From: Macrostomum lignano
Lineage: Eukaryota
Assembly: GCA_002269645.1 (NCBI GenBank)
Contig: NIVC01003621.1
Span: 23,014 to 87,013 of the forward strand
Direction: 5' to 3'
Length of the DNA: 64,000 nt
Shown in pieces: positions 13,352 through 29,013 of this stretch. The first letter of the stretch is position 1; every line of letters starts with the position of its first letter. The notes below the pieces were generated by a model. It had not been told where the DNA came from, did no database searches, and saw nothing but the letters and a program-made list of their open reading frames with translations. Both the position numbers and the translations under genes were made by a program.

Positions 13352-16300
13352 TTACTCACAGTCACTATCATCTTCTTCAGTAAGATCCAACGACATTAAT
13401 GGTTTCTTGTTGGCGCTGGCGGTGGAATTTTTCCTCGAAGTCGGTAGCAAGTTTCGACGCTTCGGTCGCTGTTTGGTGATCGAGATTGTGGACTTAGTCG
13501 TCATATCGGATTTGTCCACTTGAACTATTGGCGTTGGCGTTGCCAGGCGCCAAGTCTGCGTAATCGCTAACGGAGGTACAGGCAAATCCTGAGTGGTGGC
13601 TACCGGAGCTTGAGGCTGATTGAAAAGCGAAAGACTCAGTGGGACCTCATGGCTCTCCGAGTCAACTACGTAGCAATTGTTGTTGTTAGCCAGAAGGCCA
13701 ACAAGTCTTTCAAACAGGCCCTCGCGATAGTAGCTACGAAAAGCTTCAACGACCAGTTTAGGATCTGCTCCGGTCTCTAGTTGAGCAATCAGGCTGTACA
13801 GTTTGCCAACGCCCGACTGCAGGACCTCCTGGATGCTGTCCAGTGCACCACTGATGCTGCTAACGTTGACGGATTCGATGTTGGACAGGATTGAAGCTAC
13901 GGACAGCGAGGTGGAAAAGGTCTGCAATGGCATTGCAATCACGCACAGTATAGCGCACAGTCACGCACAGGGTGGCACTGAGGTGGCAGTGGTTTCAGGG
14001 GGTGGCACTGAGGTGGTAGGGGTTCAGGAGGTGACACTGAGGTGGTAGGGTTTCAGGAGCTGGCACTAAGATGGTAGGGTTTCAGGAGCTGGCACTAAGG
14101 TGGTAGGGGTTTCAGGAGATGGCACTAAGGTGGTAGGGGTTTCAGGAGATGGCACTAAGGTGGTAGGGGTTTCAGGAGATGGCACTAAGGTGGTAGGGGT
14201 TTCAGGAGATGGCACTAAGGTGGTAGGGGTTTCAGGAGATGGCACTAAGGTGGTAGGGGTTTCAGGAGATGGCACTAAGGTGGTAGGGGTTTCAGGAGGT
14301 GGCAATAAGGTGGTAGGGGGTTCAGGAGGTGACACTGAGGTGGTAGGGTTTCAGGAGCTGGCACTAAGATGGTAGGGTTTCAGGAGCTGGCACTAAGGTG
14401 GTAGGGGTTTCAGGAGATGGCACTAAGGTGGTAGGGGTTTCAGGGGGTGGCACTGAGGTGGTAGGGGTTTCAGGAAATGGCACTAAGGTGCCAGGTGGTA
14501 GGGGTTTCAGGGGTGGCACTAAGGTGGTAGGGGTTTCAGGGGTGGCACTAAGGTGGTAGGGGTTTCAGGGGTGGCACTGAGGTGGCAGTGGTTTCAGGGG
14601 GTGGCACTAAGGTGTTTAGGGGTTTCAGGGGGTGGCACTAAGGTGGTAGGGGTTTCAGGGGGTGGCAATAAGGTGATAGGGGTTTCAAGGGGTGGCACTA
14701 AGGTGGTAGGGGTTTCAGGGGGTGGCACTGAGGTGGCAGTGGTTTCAGGGGGTGGCACTAAGGTGTTAGGGGTTTCAGGGGGTGGCACTAAGGTGGCACT
14801 AAGGTGTTAGGGGTTTCAGAGGGTGGCACTAAGGTGGTAGGGGTTTCAGGAGGTGGCAATAAGGTGGTAGGGGTTTCAGGGTGGCACTAAGGTGATAGGG
14901 GTTTCAGGGGGTGGCACTAAGGTGGTAGGGGTTTCAGGGGGTGGCACTAAAATGTTAGGGGTTTCAGGGGGTGGCACTAAGGTGGTAGGGGTTTCAGGAG
15001 GTGGCAATAAAATGTTAGGGGTTTCAGGGGGTGGCACTAAGGTGTTAGGGGTTTCAGGGGGTGGCAATAAAATTTTAGGGGTTTCAGGGGGTGGCACCAA
15101 GGTGATAGGGGTTTCAGGAGGTGGCAATAAAATGTTAGGGGTTTCAGGGGGTGGCACTAAGGTGTTAGGGGTTTCAGGGGGTGGCAATAAAATGTTAGGG
15201 GTTTCAGGGGGTGGCACTAAGGTGATAGGGGTTTCAGGGGGTGGCACTAAGGTGATAGGGGTTTCAGGAGGTGGCACTAAGGTGGTAAGGGTTTCAGGGG
15301 GTGGCAATAAGGTGGTAGGGGTTTCAGGGGGTGGCACTAAAATGTTAGGGGTTTCAGGGGGTGGCACTAAGGTGGTAGGGGTTTCAGGGGTGGCACTAAG
15401 GTGGTAGGGGTTTCAGGGGGTGGCAATAAGGTGGTAGGGGTTTCAGGGGGTGGCACTAAGGTGGTAGGGGTTTCAGGGGGTGGCAATAAGGTGGTAGGGG
15501 TTTCAGGGGGTGGCACTAAGGTGGTAAGGGTTTCAGGGGGTGGCACTAAGGTGGTAAGGGTTTCAGGGGGTGGCACTAAGGTGGTAAGGGTTTCAGGGGG
15601 TGGCACTAAGGTGATAGGGGTTTCAGGGGTGGCACTAAGGTGGTAGGGGTTTCAGGGGGTGGCACTAAGGTGGTAGGGGTTTCAGGGGGTGGCACTAAGG
15701 TGGTAGGGGTTTCAGGGGGTGGCACTAAGGTGTTAGGGGTTTCAGGGGGTGGCACTAAGGTGTTAGGGGTTTCAGAGGGTGGCACTAAGGTGGTAGGGGT
15801 TTCAAGAGGTGGCAATAAGGTGGTAGGGGTTTCAGGGGGTGGCACTAAGGTGGTAGGGGTTTCAGGGGTGGCAATAAGGTGATAGGGGTTTCAGGGGTGG
15901 CACTAAGGTGGTAGGGGTTTCAGGAGGTGGCAATAAGGTGGTAGGGGTTTCAGGGGGTGGCACTAAGGTGGTAGGGGTTTCAGGGGGTGGCAATAAGGTG
16001 ATAGGGGTTTCAGGGGGTGGCACTAAGGTGGTAGGGGTTTCAGGGGTGGCACTAAGGTGGTAGGGGTTTCAGGGGGTAGCACTAAGGTGGTAGGGGTTTC
16101 AGGGGGTGGCAATAAGGTGGTAGGGGTTTCAGGGGGTGGCACTAAGGTGATAGGGGTTTCAGGAGGTGGCACTGAGGTGGTAGGGGTTTCAGGAGGTGGC
16201 AATAAGGTGGTAGGGGTTTCAGGGGGTGGCACTAAGGTGGTAGGGGTTTCAGGGGGTGGCAATAAGGTGATAGGGGTTTCAGGTGGTGGCACTAAGGTGG

Positions 16301-17236
16301 TAGGGGTTTCAGGGGGTGGCACTAAGGTGGTAGGGGTTTCAGGGGGTGGCACTAAGGTGGTAGGGGTTTCAGGGGGTGGCAATAAGGTGGTAGGGGTTTC
16401 AGGGGGTGGCACTAAGGTGGTAGGGGTTTCAGGGGGTGGCACTAAGGTGGTAGGGGTTTCAGGGGGTGGCAATAAGGTGGTAGGGGTTTCAGGGGGTGGC
16501 ACTAAGGTGGTAGGGGTTTCAGGGGGTGGCAATAAGGTGGTAAGGGTTTCAGGGGGTGGCAATAAGGTGATAGGGGTTTCAGGAGGTGGCACTGAGGTGG
16601 CAGGGTGTTTTCGAGGGGAAGCATTGCACTGGAAAGGATTTATAAGGGTGGCACTGACCACTGACTTAGGAGGGTTTGGGGCACTAGCATAAATCACTAC
16701 TAAAACAAACAACTACTAAAAACGAATATACGTTGTTTATACAACCTATCTGGATAAATCTGCAATCAGTAAATACTGTGCCACGCCAACCCCAAGCCAC
16801 GCATGATTTATGACATTTTAAAAAAAACGAATTAAACGTCAAGGCAACCCAAATGGCCATGCAAGTTTACATTTTAGAGCCTCACTAAATCATCTGCCGT
16901 ATTTTTGTTACAACGACTTATGGATCTCGGGCACAAATCAGCTAATTTGCTAATTTATCTGATTCTAATGGTCACATTCATTTGTCTTCCTGTGTTAGTT
17001 TAAAAAACTTGAAAAAGAAAGTATGAAATAAGCGACTGTACCTGGCAGGGTCTAGCGATGGGCGGAGTAGAGGTAGAGCTGCACAGAACCGAAGTAGCAT
17101 TGCAGGCGCAGCATGTCCAGTTAACGTTTCGCAAAACTGTTTGAACCAATTGCGCCGTGTTACAGTTGCTGCATTGCACTATGCTGTACACGGGAATCAA
17201 TATCGATTCTGCAGACGAGTGGCCTTCGTTATTCAT
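13352..17236 (-). CDS. Two-exon uncharacterised protein, 254 aa, with N-terminal CxxC..CxxC zinc ribbon (MRNIP-like, tentative)
   Basis: Exon 1 17236-17042 (MNNEGH...QCSNCNTAQLVQTVLRNVNWTCCACNA...PCQ|gtacag) joins exon 2 13921-13352 (ttgcag|TFSTSL...EEDDSDCE*). Both junctions are phase 0 and GT-AG. Confidence 0.6.
13970..16620. repeat. G-rich 30-bp minisatellite filling the intron of the zinc-ribbon gene
   Basis: Tandem ggtggcactaaggtggtaggggtttcaggg variants with 29/30-bp slippage; source of the VVGVSGGGTK and PPPETPTT ORFs. Confidence 0.95.
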
Positions 17237-18800
17237 AGGCTTATCAAATATCAATGCCTGTTAATTAATTAGTTATCAGTAATTAATATAATATCCAATT
17301 TTAATTGCAGGTACAGATTACCCTATAATCTTAACTTATGAGTCCTTTTGTAACTCTATTAGGGCCTCGGCATGCTAGATGTGCATAGTAAGTCCGGACC
17401 AAGAGAAGGAAAGGAACTAAAAAGGAAGGAAAACCCCAGGATTGGATTTTGGGTTGGGGGTTGGGGGTTGTGGCGGTGTGCGCTTCGTAGAGGGACATAT
17501 TGGGGTGGTTGTTTTATTTTTAACCTATAGGAAAATGTGGGGTAGGGTTTAAGACTTTAAGGCCTAGAGTTTTAGGGCGGCTAGGACAGAGGGCCGGGCC
17601 TGCCTGGCTGGCCGTAAGGGCAAGAGGGATTTTCCTAACCCTCCTCGTTTTATTGCCCCTCAGATCGGAGTGTACACTAGCGATGACTCATCCAAATACT
17701 TCCTCCAATCAAGTGTCTAGCTTTAAATTCCGATTAAAGTCAAGCCAATTAAAAACTAACGATTTCGATCCACTGAGCAGTAGAAACCGAACAACTTTTA
17801 ATTGACCGTTTAACGGCAATAGCATTCATTCTTCCAACTCCTCAATTCCTAATTTACTAATCAGATCGTTTCAAATTTTGAGTTAACGGTATCCGTTCAG
17901 CTTTACTATATATTGCGGACGGACGGGCTCAGTAGCGGTATGGACAACTTAATGACTATTATTACGAGTTTGTCCTTGCTCTCTGTAGAAGCACGTCTGT
18001 TGATTTAAAATTAGCTGGATAACTATAATGCACTAATAAATTAGGCAGATAACTCGTATAGAAGTATGTATCAGTTCAAGACAATCCTTCACAAAAGTAC
18101 AGAATGTACTTTTTACTTTTTTGCTCGCTATAGGATCTAGAGTCCTGACCGGTTTTCAGATGACCCGAGATATCAGATCCTTCCCAATAGACGCGTCTGT
18201 GCGCATTACCCACTTTTCATTCCTAATGAAATGAAAGTCACGCCACCTATAGAAGTAACAATAAGTGAGCTTGATAGCAAAATAATTGGACCACTTGTTC
18301 ATGCACATTTAACATATTGTGCACCCCATATGAGCAGTGTTAGTGAATGCTTAACATTCGTTCCAATTCGTGTGGATCGCTATATAAATGAGGCATGAGT
18401 ATGACAAGACTGCCCCATCGATCAGGTTTCAGGTCAGGTGACAGCTTCCTAAGCTACGGATTTAGATTACTTGATTGGTAAGCTCAGCTGATGGACTACA
18501 TAAAAATGGCAGTTCAAATGCCGTTTAGCAAAGTGTATCTATAAAACTGCATGGGGCAGAGAAAAAGCAAGAGAAGAAGAACAGCAATTGTACGTACGCA
18601 GAGCGCAAAAAACGCATTGTACAGTAGCGCTACACAGGCAAGGCCGGCCTTATAAAAGCTCTGCAGTTTCAGAACACAGACAGCTTCGTAGATGGAGTTA
18701 TAAACAATAGACCCCTAGCTGTGCAGCTCATTATAGCGTGTGACTGAGAACCGCCATTGCTTAAATTTTCGCCCTAGATTCATCTAGATCAGAGTAAATC

Positions 18801-21800
18801 ATGCCAGAAGAAACTTCACTGGAACGGGAAGAAGTGACACCGTTAAGTGAACAAGACAGCGAGATTAATTCTGCGAATGAATGCGGCGTCGCCTACAAAG
18901 CCCCTGACGGCGGCTGGGGCTGGGTTGTAGTGTTCAGCAGCTTCTTCATCCACGTACTCATGGACGGCTTCACTTTCTCTTACGGCGTCATCGCGGCCGA
19001 GCTAGCCCTGGACGAGGCGATGGGCGTCTCCAGACAGTTGAATGGTTGGACATCCTCGGTGCTGACGGGCATCAAGCTCGGCGGGTCGCCTCTAGTCAGT
19101 TTAGTTAGTAGACGGTTCGGCAATCGGCCAGTGACAATGGTCGGAGCCTGCGTTGCTGCTGCAGGCCTGGCGCTGTCTTATTTTGCTGTCAAACCGTGGG
19201 TTCTTCTCATCAGCATCGGAGTGATCACGGGCAAGTTGGCTGTGAGAAATTTAACGGGCCTGGTAGTAACCAAGGATTCACTTAAATTCGTCTTCGGTAG
19301 TAACTTAGCACGTAGCAAGGCTTACAAAGGCCCAAAACCTGCTAGCACGGAGCTAGGAGTCAAAGAGACTTTTTTACGAGGTCCTTGTAGGTCAGGCCAC
19401 ATGCGGCCCGCCAAGCCTCTATCCGGCCCTCGGGCCTTTTGAAACTTCAGAATAGCAATCCGGCCCGCTCAAGGTATTTTTTCATTTTCCTCTCTCATTT
19501 TCCCTCTCTCCCTCTCGCCTCTTCTCTCTCTTCTCACTCCTCTCCACTCCCTCTCTCCTCTCCTCTCTCCTCGATCCTCTCTCCCCTTTCAATCCCTCTC
19601 TCCTCTTCCCTCCCTCTCTCCTCTCTCATCTCGCTTCTCTCTTCCTCTCTAATCTCCCCTCTTCTCTCTTTGGCTTGCAGTCTTTCGCTGGATTCTATAC
19701 CTGGCCCTTAGGTTGAATGCAGAAACCTTTTAGAAAAATGCCGTCTGCAGGACGCGTGAATTAAGTAGCAGTACGTACGTACATGTACATGCATGCGCAC
19801 ATAAAGAATAAAACTGCTAACAAATGAATATTACGAGTAACTTATACGAGCCCTTTTAACATTCATTTATTCAATAACAGATTTTCTTGTAACATACATG
19901 AACAGGCATCGGCACTAGCCTGATGTACTTACCATCAATGGTCATTGTTGGCTTATACTTTGACAAGCGTCGCTCTACAGCAATGGGTATCGCGTTTGGT
20001 GGCTCTGGACTTGGTAAGCTAAAGAAGCTATGCATGCACACCAGGGTGTGGGATCAGACAGTCCACTGTACAAAGATGGTTTTAGAGTAGCTGGTAGTAA
20101 ACTACTGATGTGTAGTCAGATATTCTGCTGGTTAGTCAACAATGTGATAAGCGACACTTGTCCCTTGAGCGTGCAACTCAAGCAGAGGTAAAGGGCCGAG
20201 AGTGCATAGTGTTTTCAGAGGATCGGAGAGAGTTAAGGGATGGAGGGATCTAGTGGAGAATTCGGGTTGCTCAAACTGACTCGCAACACATATTTAAGGT
20301 ATGTTTGCACTCGGCCCTCTCATGGAGTACCTAATGGACGTATACTCATGGCGCGGAGCACTGCTTGTCCTAGCTGGCATCATGCTCAATGGTGTCGTGT
20401 TCGCTAGTCTGATGAGACCGCTGCCAAAAAGACCAAGAGCAGCAACAGAAGCAGCATCGTCAGCATCAGCAGAAAATAAATCCTCTTCAGACCATCTATC
20501 GAGGCTGAAGACGCTGCTAAGCGACAGGAATTTCCAACTGTTCCTACTGTCCCAACTGGTGTTCGATTTCGGCTTCGATACGCCATTTCTGTACGCCCCG
20601 GACAGGGCTAGGAAAGCCGGACACTCGGGCCTGTTGGCGGCTCTGCTCATCTCAATCATGGGCGCGTCCAATGTAGCTGGTAGATTTGGCTTTGGATTTG
20701 TGCTAGACCGACTGGCCAGGTGCAAGTGCGCCGTTGACAAGACCGCGATGCAGGGCGTCACGATGCTTGGCGCTGGGCTAGCTGCACTGGGAGCCGTGCT
20801 GTCCGAGTCCTACGTAGTTATGGTGGCACACGGCGTGGCCTATGGGCTGTTTATTGGTGAGTTTGCAATTCTCATCGAGCTTAGGGTCTGAGGGCTTGGC
20901 TCTGCTCGTGCAGTTAACGGCTTTGAAGGCCACCCCCCCCCCCAAAGGCACAGTGAAGTGTACATGCCTAACGATAAATAAAGTCGGGGCCGCTGTACAC
21001 TCTTGTGCGAGTGTGTGCCTGCTTAATTACTCGTATGTACCTGCTCATGGGAGTCGGCAGAATGGGCAGTAATGCCTCTTGCAGGTGGTGTACGTGACAA
21101 TGTCGCTTGAATTGCGCCAGGGCGCAGACAGCCCGGGCGCAGACAGCCCCCTGCCTCTAATAATGAAAAATAATAAATTCGTCTTCCTTGTTAGCTAGTC
21201 AGTTAGCGGTCAGCTTTGAGCACTGTCAATACAGTAGTAATGGGTTTTACTTTAGATTGAGGGTCAGAGGGGCAACCCCAAGCTATTCTGGCTTGAGCCA
21301 ATAAAAAATTAACATTAACAACAGTTCTCCCGTCGTTTGACTCTTCAGTCAATGGGATCTGAAAGTGATGCCACCAAGGACTTCTAGACTAACTAGTCTA
21401 GTCTAGTAGTCTACTAGTCTAGAAGTCCTTGGATGCCACTAGAACCAATTGATGTGTACCTGTGTAATAATGCATACATTGTGTACATATGCTGCTCATC
21501 TCTCTACTTAACCTTACGTGTATAGGTGGATTCATTTCTGTTACACCTGCCGTTTGCGCTCACCTGCTGGGACCGGAGAATCTGAGCTACTCATACGGCG
21601 TTACTCTGCTCTGTCAGTCTGTCGGCGTTGTGCTGGGACCTCCATTAACAGGTGCAACTACATTTAATTGTCTGACCTACAGGCAATTTAGATTAGGGTA
21701 CCAATATCGGTTCACAGAATTTATGCAAACTTGTGTGGGAAGGTGTGTTGCACAGAAACTCATCTATGAGCGCGTCTGCTGTGTGGAAATAAAAATATGG

Positions 21801-22153
21801 ATGAGACTAAAAACTTGTGTTCTGTAATATTTTGAGTAGGCCAGGCCAGTGTCGCTACCTTAGGTACCTGGCAAGCGAAGCGAACAATAAGATACCCACC
21901 GCTAACACCTGTATCAACAGGAGCCATTTTTGATGCCACCCGTTCGTTCGACGCCTCCTACCTGACGGCCGCCGCCTTCATGCTAATCGGCAGTTTCATT
22001 GTCATGCCGTTGCCATGGCTGGTCAAACAGCAACGCGCCACCGCGGAAGCAGCAACAGCAGCTAAAGCCACAGCCGCCGCCGCCGCAGCAGCCGTTGATG
22101 GAGGCGTCCCTCTGATCGACTCAACCTTAGTTGAGCTGAATACTAGCGCCTGA
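18801..22153 (+). CDS. SLC16A: Monocarboxylate transporter family (SLC16/MFS), 5 exons, 484 aa
   Basis: Exons 18801-19230, 19906-20013, 20299-20856, 21526-21651, 21921-22153 (1455 nt). Carries the MCT signatures APDGGWGWVVV and YFDKRRSTAMGIAFGGSGLG. Intron 1 needs a GC donor. Confidence 0.9.
21040..21170 (+). repeat. Interspersed repeat fragment, copy 1
   Basis: cctgctcatgggagtcggcagaatgggcagtaatgcctct...acaatgtcgctt...cagccccctgcctctaata matches the reverse complement of 45698-45803. Confidence 0.65.
21375..21431. mobile_element. 57-bp hAT-type MITE with 8-bp target-site duplication
   Basis: Perfect 16-bp TIRs caaggacttctagact / agtctagaagtccttg, flanked by gatgccac at 21367-21374 and 21432-21439. 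Confidence 0.75.
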
Positions 22154-22466
22154 CCGAACCCAGAAAATGTTGACTCAGGATATTTCTGCCCTAGTAAATC
22201 TCGCCATTTATTTTATAAGACCCATATACATATTGATCAAATATTTATAAATGCCTCAACTAGATAGCTGAGCGAAAGCAAAGTTTGTCGAGCGCTCTTC
22301 TATATGTATATGAACTTCTAAACATAGAAATACAATGTTTATAAGATGAGGGGTGCAATTTGCTCACTTAGATTTAGAGGCATCGACAGTTAAACCGCTA
22401 TAGGCATGCTGAAAACTTTTTTCTAAATGCACTTATTAGAATAGATAGGCTCACGTTTTCGTTCAG

Positions 22467-22556
22467 GCTGTCTGTCTGTCTGTCTGTCTGTCTGTCTGCC
22501 TGTCTATCTGTCTGTCTGTATGTTTGTCTGTCTGTCTGTCTGTCTGCGGTCTGTCG

Positions 22557-22612
<56 letters not shown>

Positions 22613-22703
22613 TTCTGCCTGTCTGTCTGTCTGTCTGTCTGTCTGCCTGTCTATCTGTCTGTCTGTATGTTTGCCTGTCCGTCTGTCTTTCTGCAGTCTG
22701 TCG

Positions 22704-22745
<42 letters not shown>

Positions 22746-22752
22746 CTGTCTG
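22467..22752. repeat. (GTCT)n microsatellite
   Basis: Long (gtct)n tract with an internally duplicated variant block. Confidence 0.95.
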
Positions 22753-23299
22753 CTAATTTCTCTAAGTTATCAATAAAGATAAACAAATTCGTCATTATCA
22801 AACTGTCGTTTTCGTTACATCAGCATAAAAAAGACACAGAATTGCACTACTTACAGTGTCAAAAGTCTATCTATTTCTTGAAAGAATAAAACGAATTAAT
22901 AACCGCAGTCGGTGCACAAATATTGCGACTTCAGTCAAACAGTCCTACTTGTAAGTAGTAAAGTAAGAGCATGTTTTCGGTAGACAATAAGAGTAAGAAA
23001 AATATTAGAAGAAAAAGCTGAACTGCGTTGAAATTTGCGTCGATGTATTTTACAACTTTAGCTTAAAGCTTTCACAGTGCTAGTAAAAAATTATATACTA
23101 TAAAGAGGAATAATAAAAACAACTACACTGACTATAATAAATATGAACACAATATCTATAGATAAGGAAAGAGCAGGAGTTCAAGTTGACGATTTAAACA
23201 AATGACAAGCTGTACACACAGATTCACAGATTCTTTAAAGCTCTTACGGGTGTACCATCAGAATTGAAAGTTGGCGGAGCCGGTTTATATCGAGCCTCT

Positions 23300-26157
<2,858 letters not shown>

Positions 26158-26204
26158 AGGCGCATGAATGCGAAGGCAGAGGAAGTGGAATCCTAATTTA
26201 CAAT

Positions 26205-26680
26205 GAGGGGATTAAGAGATCAAGGATCAGGATAGGGGATTAAGAAATCAGGGATCAGGATAGGGGATTAAGAGATCAGGGATCAGGATAGGGGATTAAG
26301 AGATCTGGGATCAGGATATGGGATGAGGAGATCAGGGATCAGGATAGGGGATTAAGAGACCAGGGATCAGGATAGGGGATTAAGAGATCAGGGATCAGGA
26401 TATGGGATTAAGAGATCAGGGATCAGGATAGGGGATTAAGAGATCAGGGATCAGGATAGAGGATTAAGAGATCAGGGATCAGGATAGGGGATTAAGATAT
26501 CAGGGATCAGGATAGGGGATTAAGAGATCAGGGATCAGGATAGGGGATTAAGAGATCAGGGATCAGGATAGGGGATTAAGAGATCAGGGATCAGGATATG
26601 GGATGAGGAGATCAGGGATCAGGATATGGGATGAGGAGATCAGGGATCAGGATACGGGATTAAGAAATCAGGCATCAGAA
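26205..26680. repeat. 28-bp minisatellite immediately upstream of TMUB
   Basis: Tandem ggggattaagagatcagggatcaggata, about 16 copies. Confidence 0.92.
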
Positions 26681-27974
26681 CAGAGGATGAACTTCTGAGT
26701 GTAAAGATGTTAAAGAGCCTGACAAAGGTTACCTGACAGAAATAATCAGGCAAATAAAAGGACGAATAGAAAAAATAATAAATGAATATTATTATTAATT
26801 AGATAAAACAGAGTACATACTTGTTGGCCCTTACCCTACAAACAGCAACGCCCACACAGACACACACACAGACACACACACATACGCGAATAGGCAGCTA
26901 TCTTTTTTCAAGTCAACTCGGCGAGGTCGCTGCTGTGACTCATTCTCTCAGAGAGAAACTTGTTTAGTAAAAATGGCTGACTCATAGCGCCTTTTTGATG
27001 ATACGCCTTAAAAATTCAAGCAATAAAATGAAGTAAAGACAGTCATCAAATCATTACTAAAACTATATATATATATTTCCCTAGATTTAACAAACCCCCT
27101 TCTTGTATGAATAAATATAAAATTGACAAGCTTATACATTTAGAAACTGCTTGAAAAAACAAAGATATTTATATTTGAGCACATTATATACAGTGGCCAA
27201 TATTCCAAGCAATATTATTTTCTACTAGTAAACAGTATGCATAAACAATTATTAATAAAGTATTTGGCAGGTGACACTTGAGGTCCAGTTCTGCAAATCA
27301 AATAAAACAACAACAAAAACATCGTATTATTAATTATCAAAAATGACTCTGAGAACTTTATTTATCTCATTGGAAACTTGACAAATTTCAAGTGTAAATA
27401 TGACATTTTTTAATAACTCATATTTACTTACCAGTGCAGTATATACAGGTACAAAATCAATGAAAAAAATAACACAGAAAATTATATAAAAATATATAAT
27501 GAATTTTTACATACTTATGTAACAACAACAGAAAAAATGACACCGATCTACTACTAATACTAAAAACGACCTAACAACAAACTTTCGTAATACCTTAATC
27601 TACTTTGCAATAGAATTGTAATTCAAGAGACTCTCTGCTCAGAAAAAAATGAGTAAAAAGTCATCCTCACTTCCTTATCATCATTACTGATATGATAAAA
27701 TAGCATTAGTAAACCAGTAACAAGACACAGCTACAGAGAGCCAATGAGAATTAAGTAATTTCAACAGAGAAAAATAATCACAGACTTGAGTGAGCAGTAT
27801 TAACTCACAGCTGATGCAGGAACCAAAATTAACATTGACAGACTTACTTGATCTGAATAGAATAGTGCGATTGAGAACTTGAATTTTATTAATCATAAAT
27901 CATTGAGATCGACAGGCAAAATTAAAAACAAAGACCTTCACGAAAAAAGCAGGTAAGTTACTAAGTCATTAAAA

Positions 27975-28945
27975 ACTCCTGACCAATCAGAGCATAGCAG
28001 TTTGTTATCATACAATTCCTGACCAATCAGAGCATAGCAGTTTGTTATCATACAACTCCTGACCAATTAGAGAATAGCAGTTTGTTATCATACAACTCCT
28101 GACCAATCAGAGCATAGCAGTCTGTTATCATACAACTCCTGACCAATCAGAGCATAGCAGTTTGTTATCATACAACTCCTGACCAATCAGAGCATAGCAG
28201 TTTGTTATCATACAACTCCTGACCAATCATATCATAGCAGTTTGTTATCATACAACTCCTGACCAATCAGAGCATAGCAGTTTGTTATCATACAACTCCT
28301 GACCAATCAGAGCATAGCAGTTTGTTATCATACAACTCCTGACCAATCAGAGCATAGCAGTTTGTTATCATACAACTCCTGACCAATCAGAGCATAGCAG
28401 TTTGTTATCATACAACTCCTGACCAATCAGAGCATAGCAGTGTGCTATCATACAACTCCTGACCAATCAGAGCATAGCAGTTTGTTATCATACAACTCCT
28501 GACCAATCAGAGCATAGCAGTTTGTTATCATACAACTCCTGACCAATCAGAGCATAGCAGTGTGTTATTATACAACTCCTGACCAATTAGAGAATATCAG
28601 TTTGTTATCATACAACTCCTGACCAATCAGAGCATAGCAGTCTGTTATCATACAACTCCTGACCAATCAGAGCATAGCAGTTTGTTATCATACAACTCCT
28701 GACCAATCAGAGCATAGCAGTTTGTTATCATACAACTCCTGACCAATCAGATCATAGCAGTTTGTTATCATACAACTCCTGACCAATCAGAGCATAGCAG
28801 TTTGTTATCATACAACTCCTGACCAATCAGAGCATAGCAGTGTGTTATCATACAACTCCTGACCAACCAGAGAATAGTAGTTTGTTATCATACAACTCCT
28901 GACCAATCAGAGCATAGCAGAGTAATCTAACTCCTGACCAATCAG
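27975..28945. repeat. 40-bp minisatellite, each unit with a CCAAT box
   Basis: Tandem actcctgaccaatcagagcatagcagtttgttatcataca, about 24 copies. Confidence 0.95.
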
Positions 28946-29013
28946 AGCACAGCAAGCCTATTACTATTAAAACACACTGAGCAAAGACAAACTCATACAA
29001 GCATCATACAAAG

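Noticed and set aside
14560-16620. Interstitial telomere (TTAGGG)
   Set aside because: TTAGGG occurs only as an occasional variant within the 30-bp unit and never in tandem.
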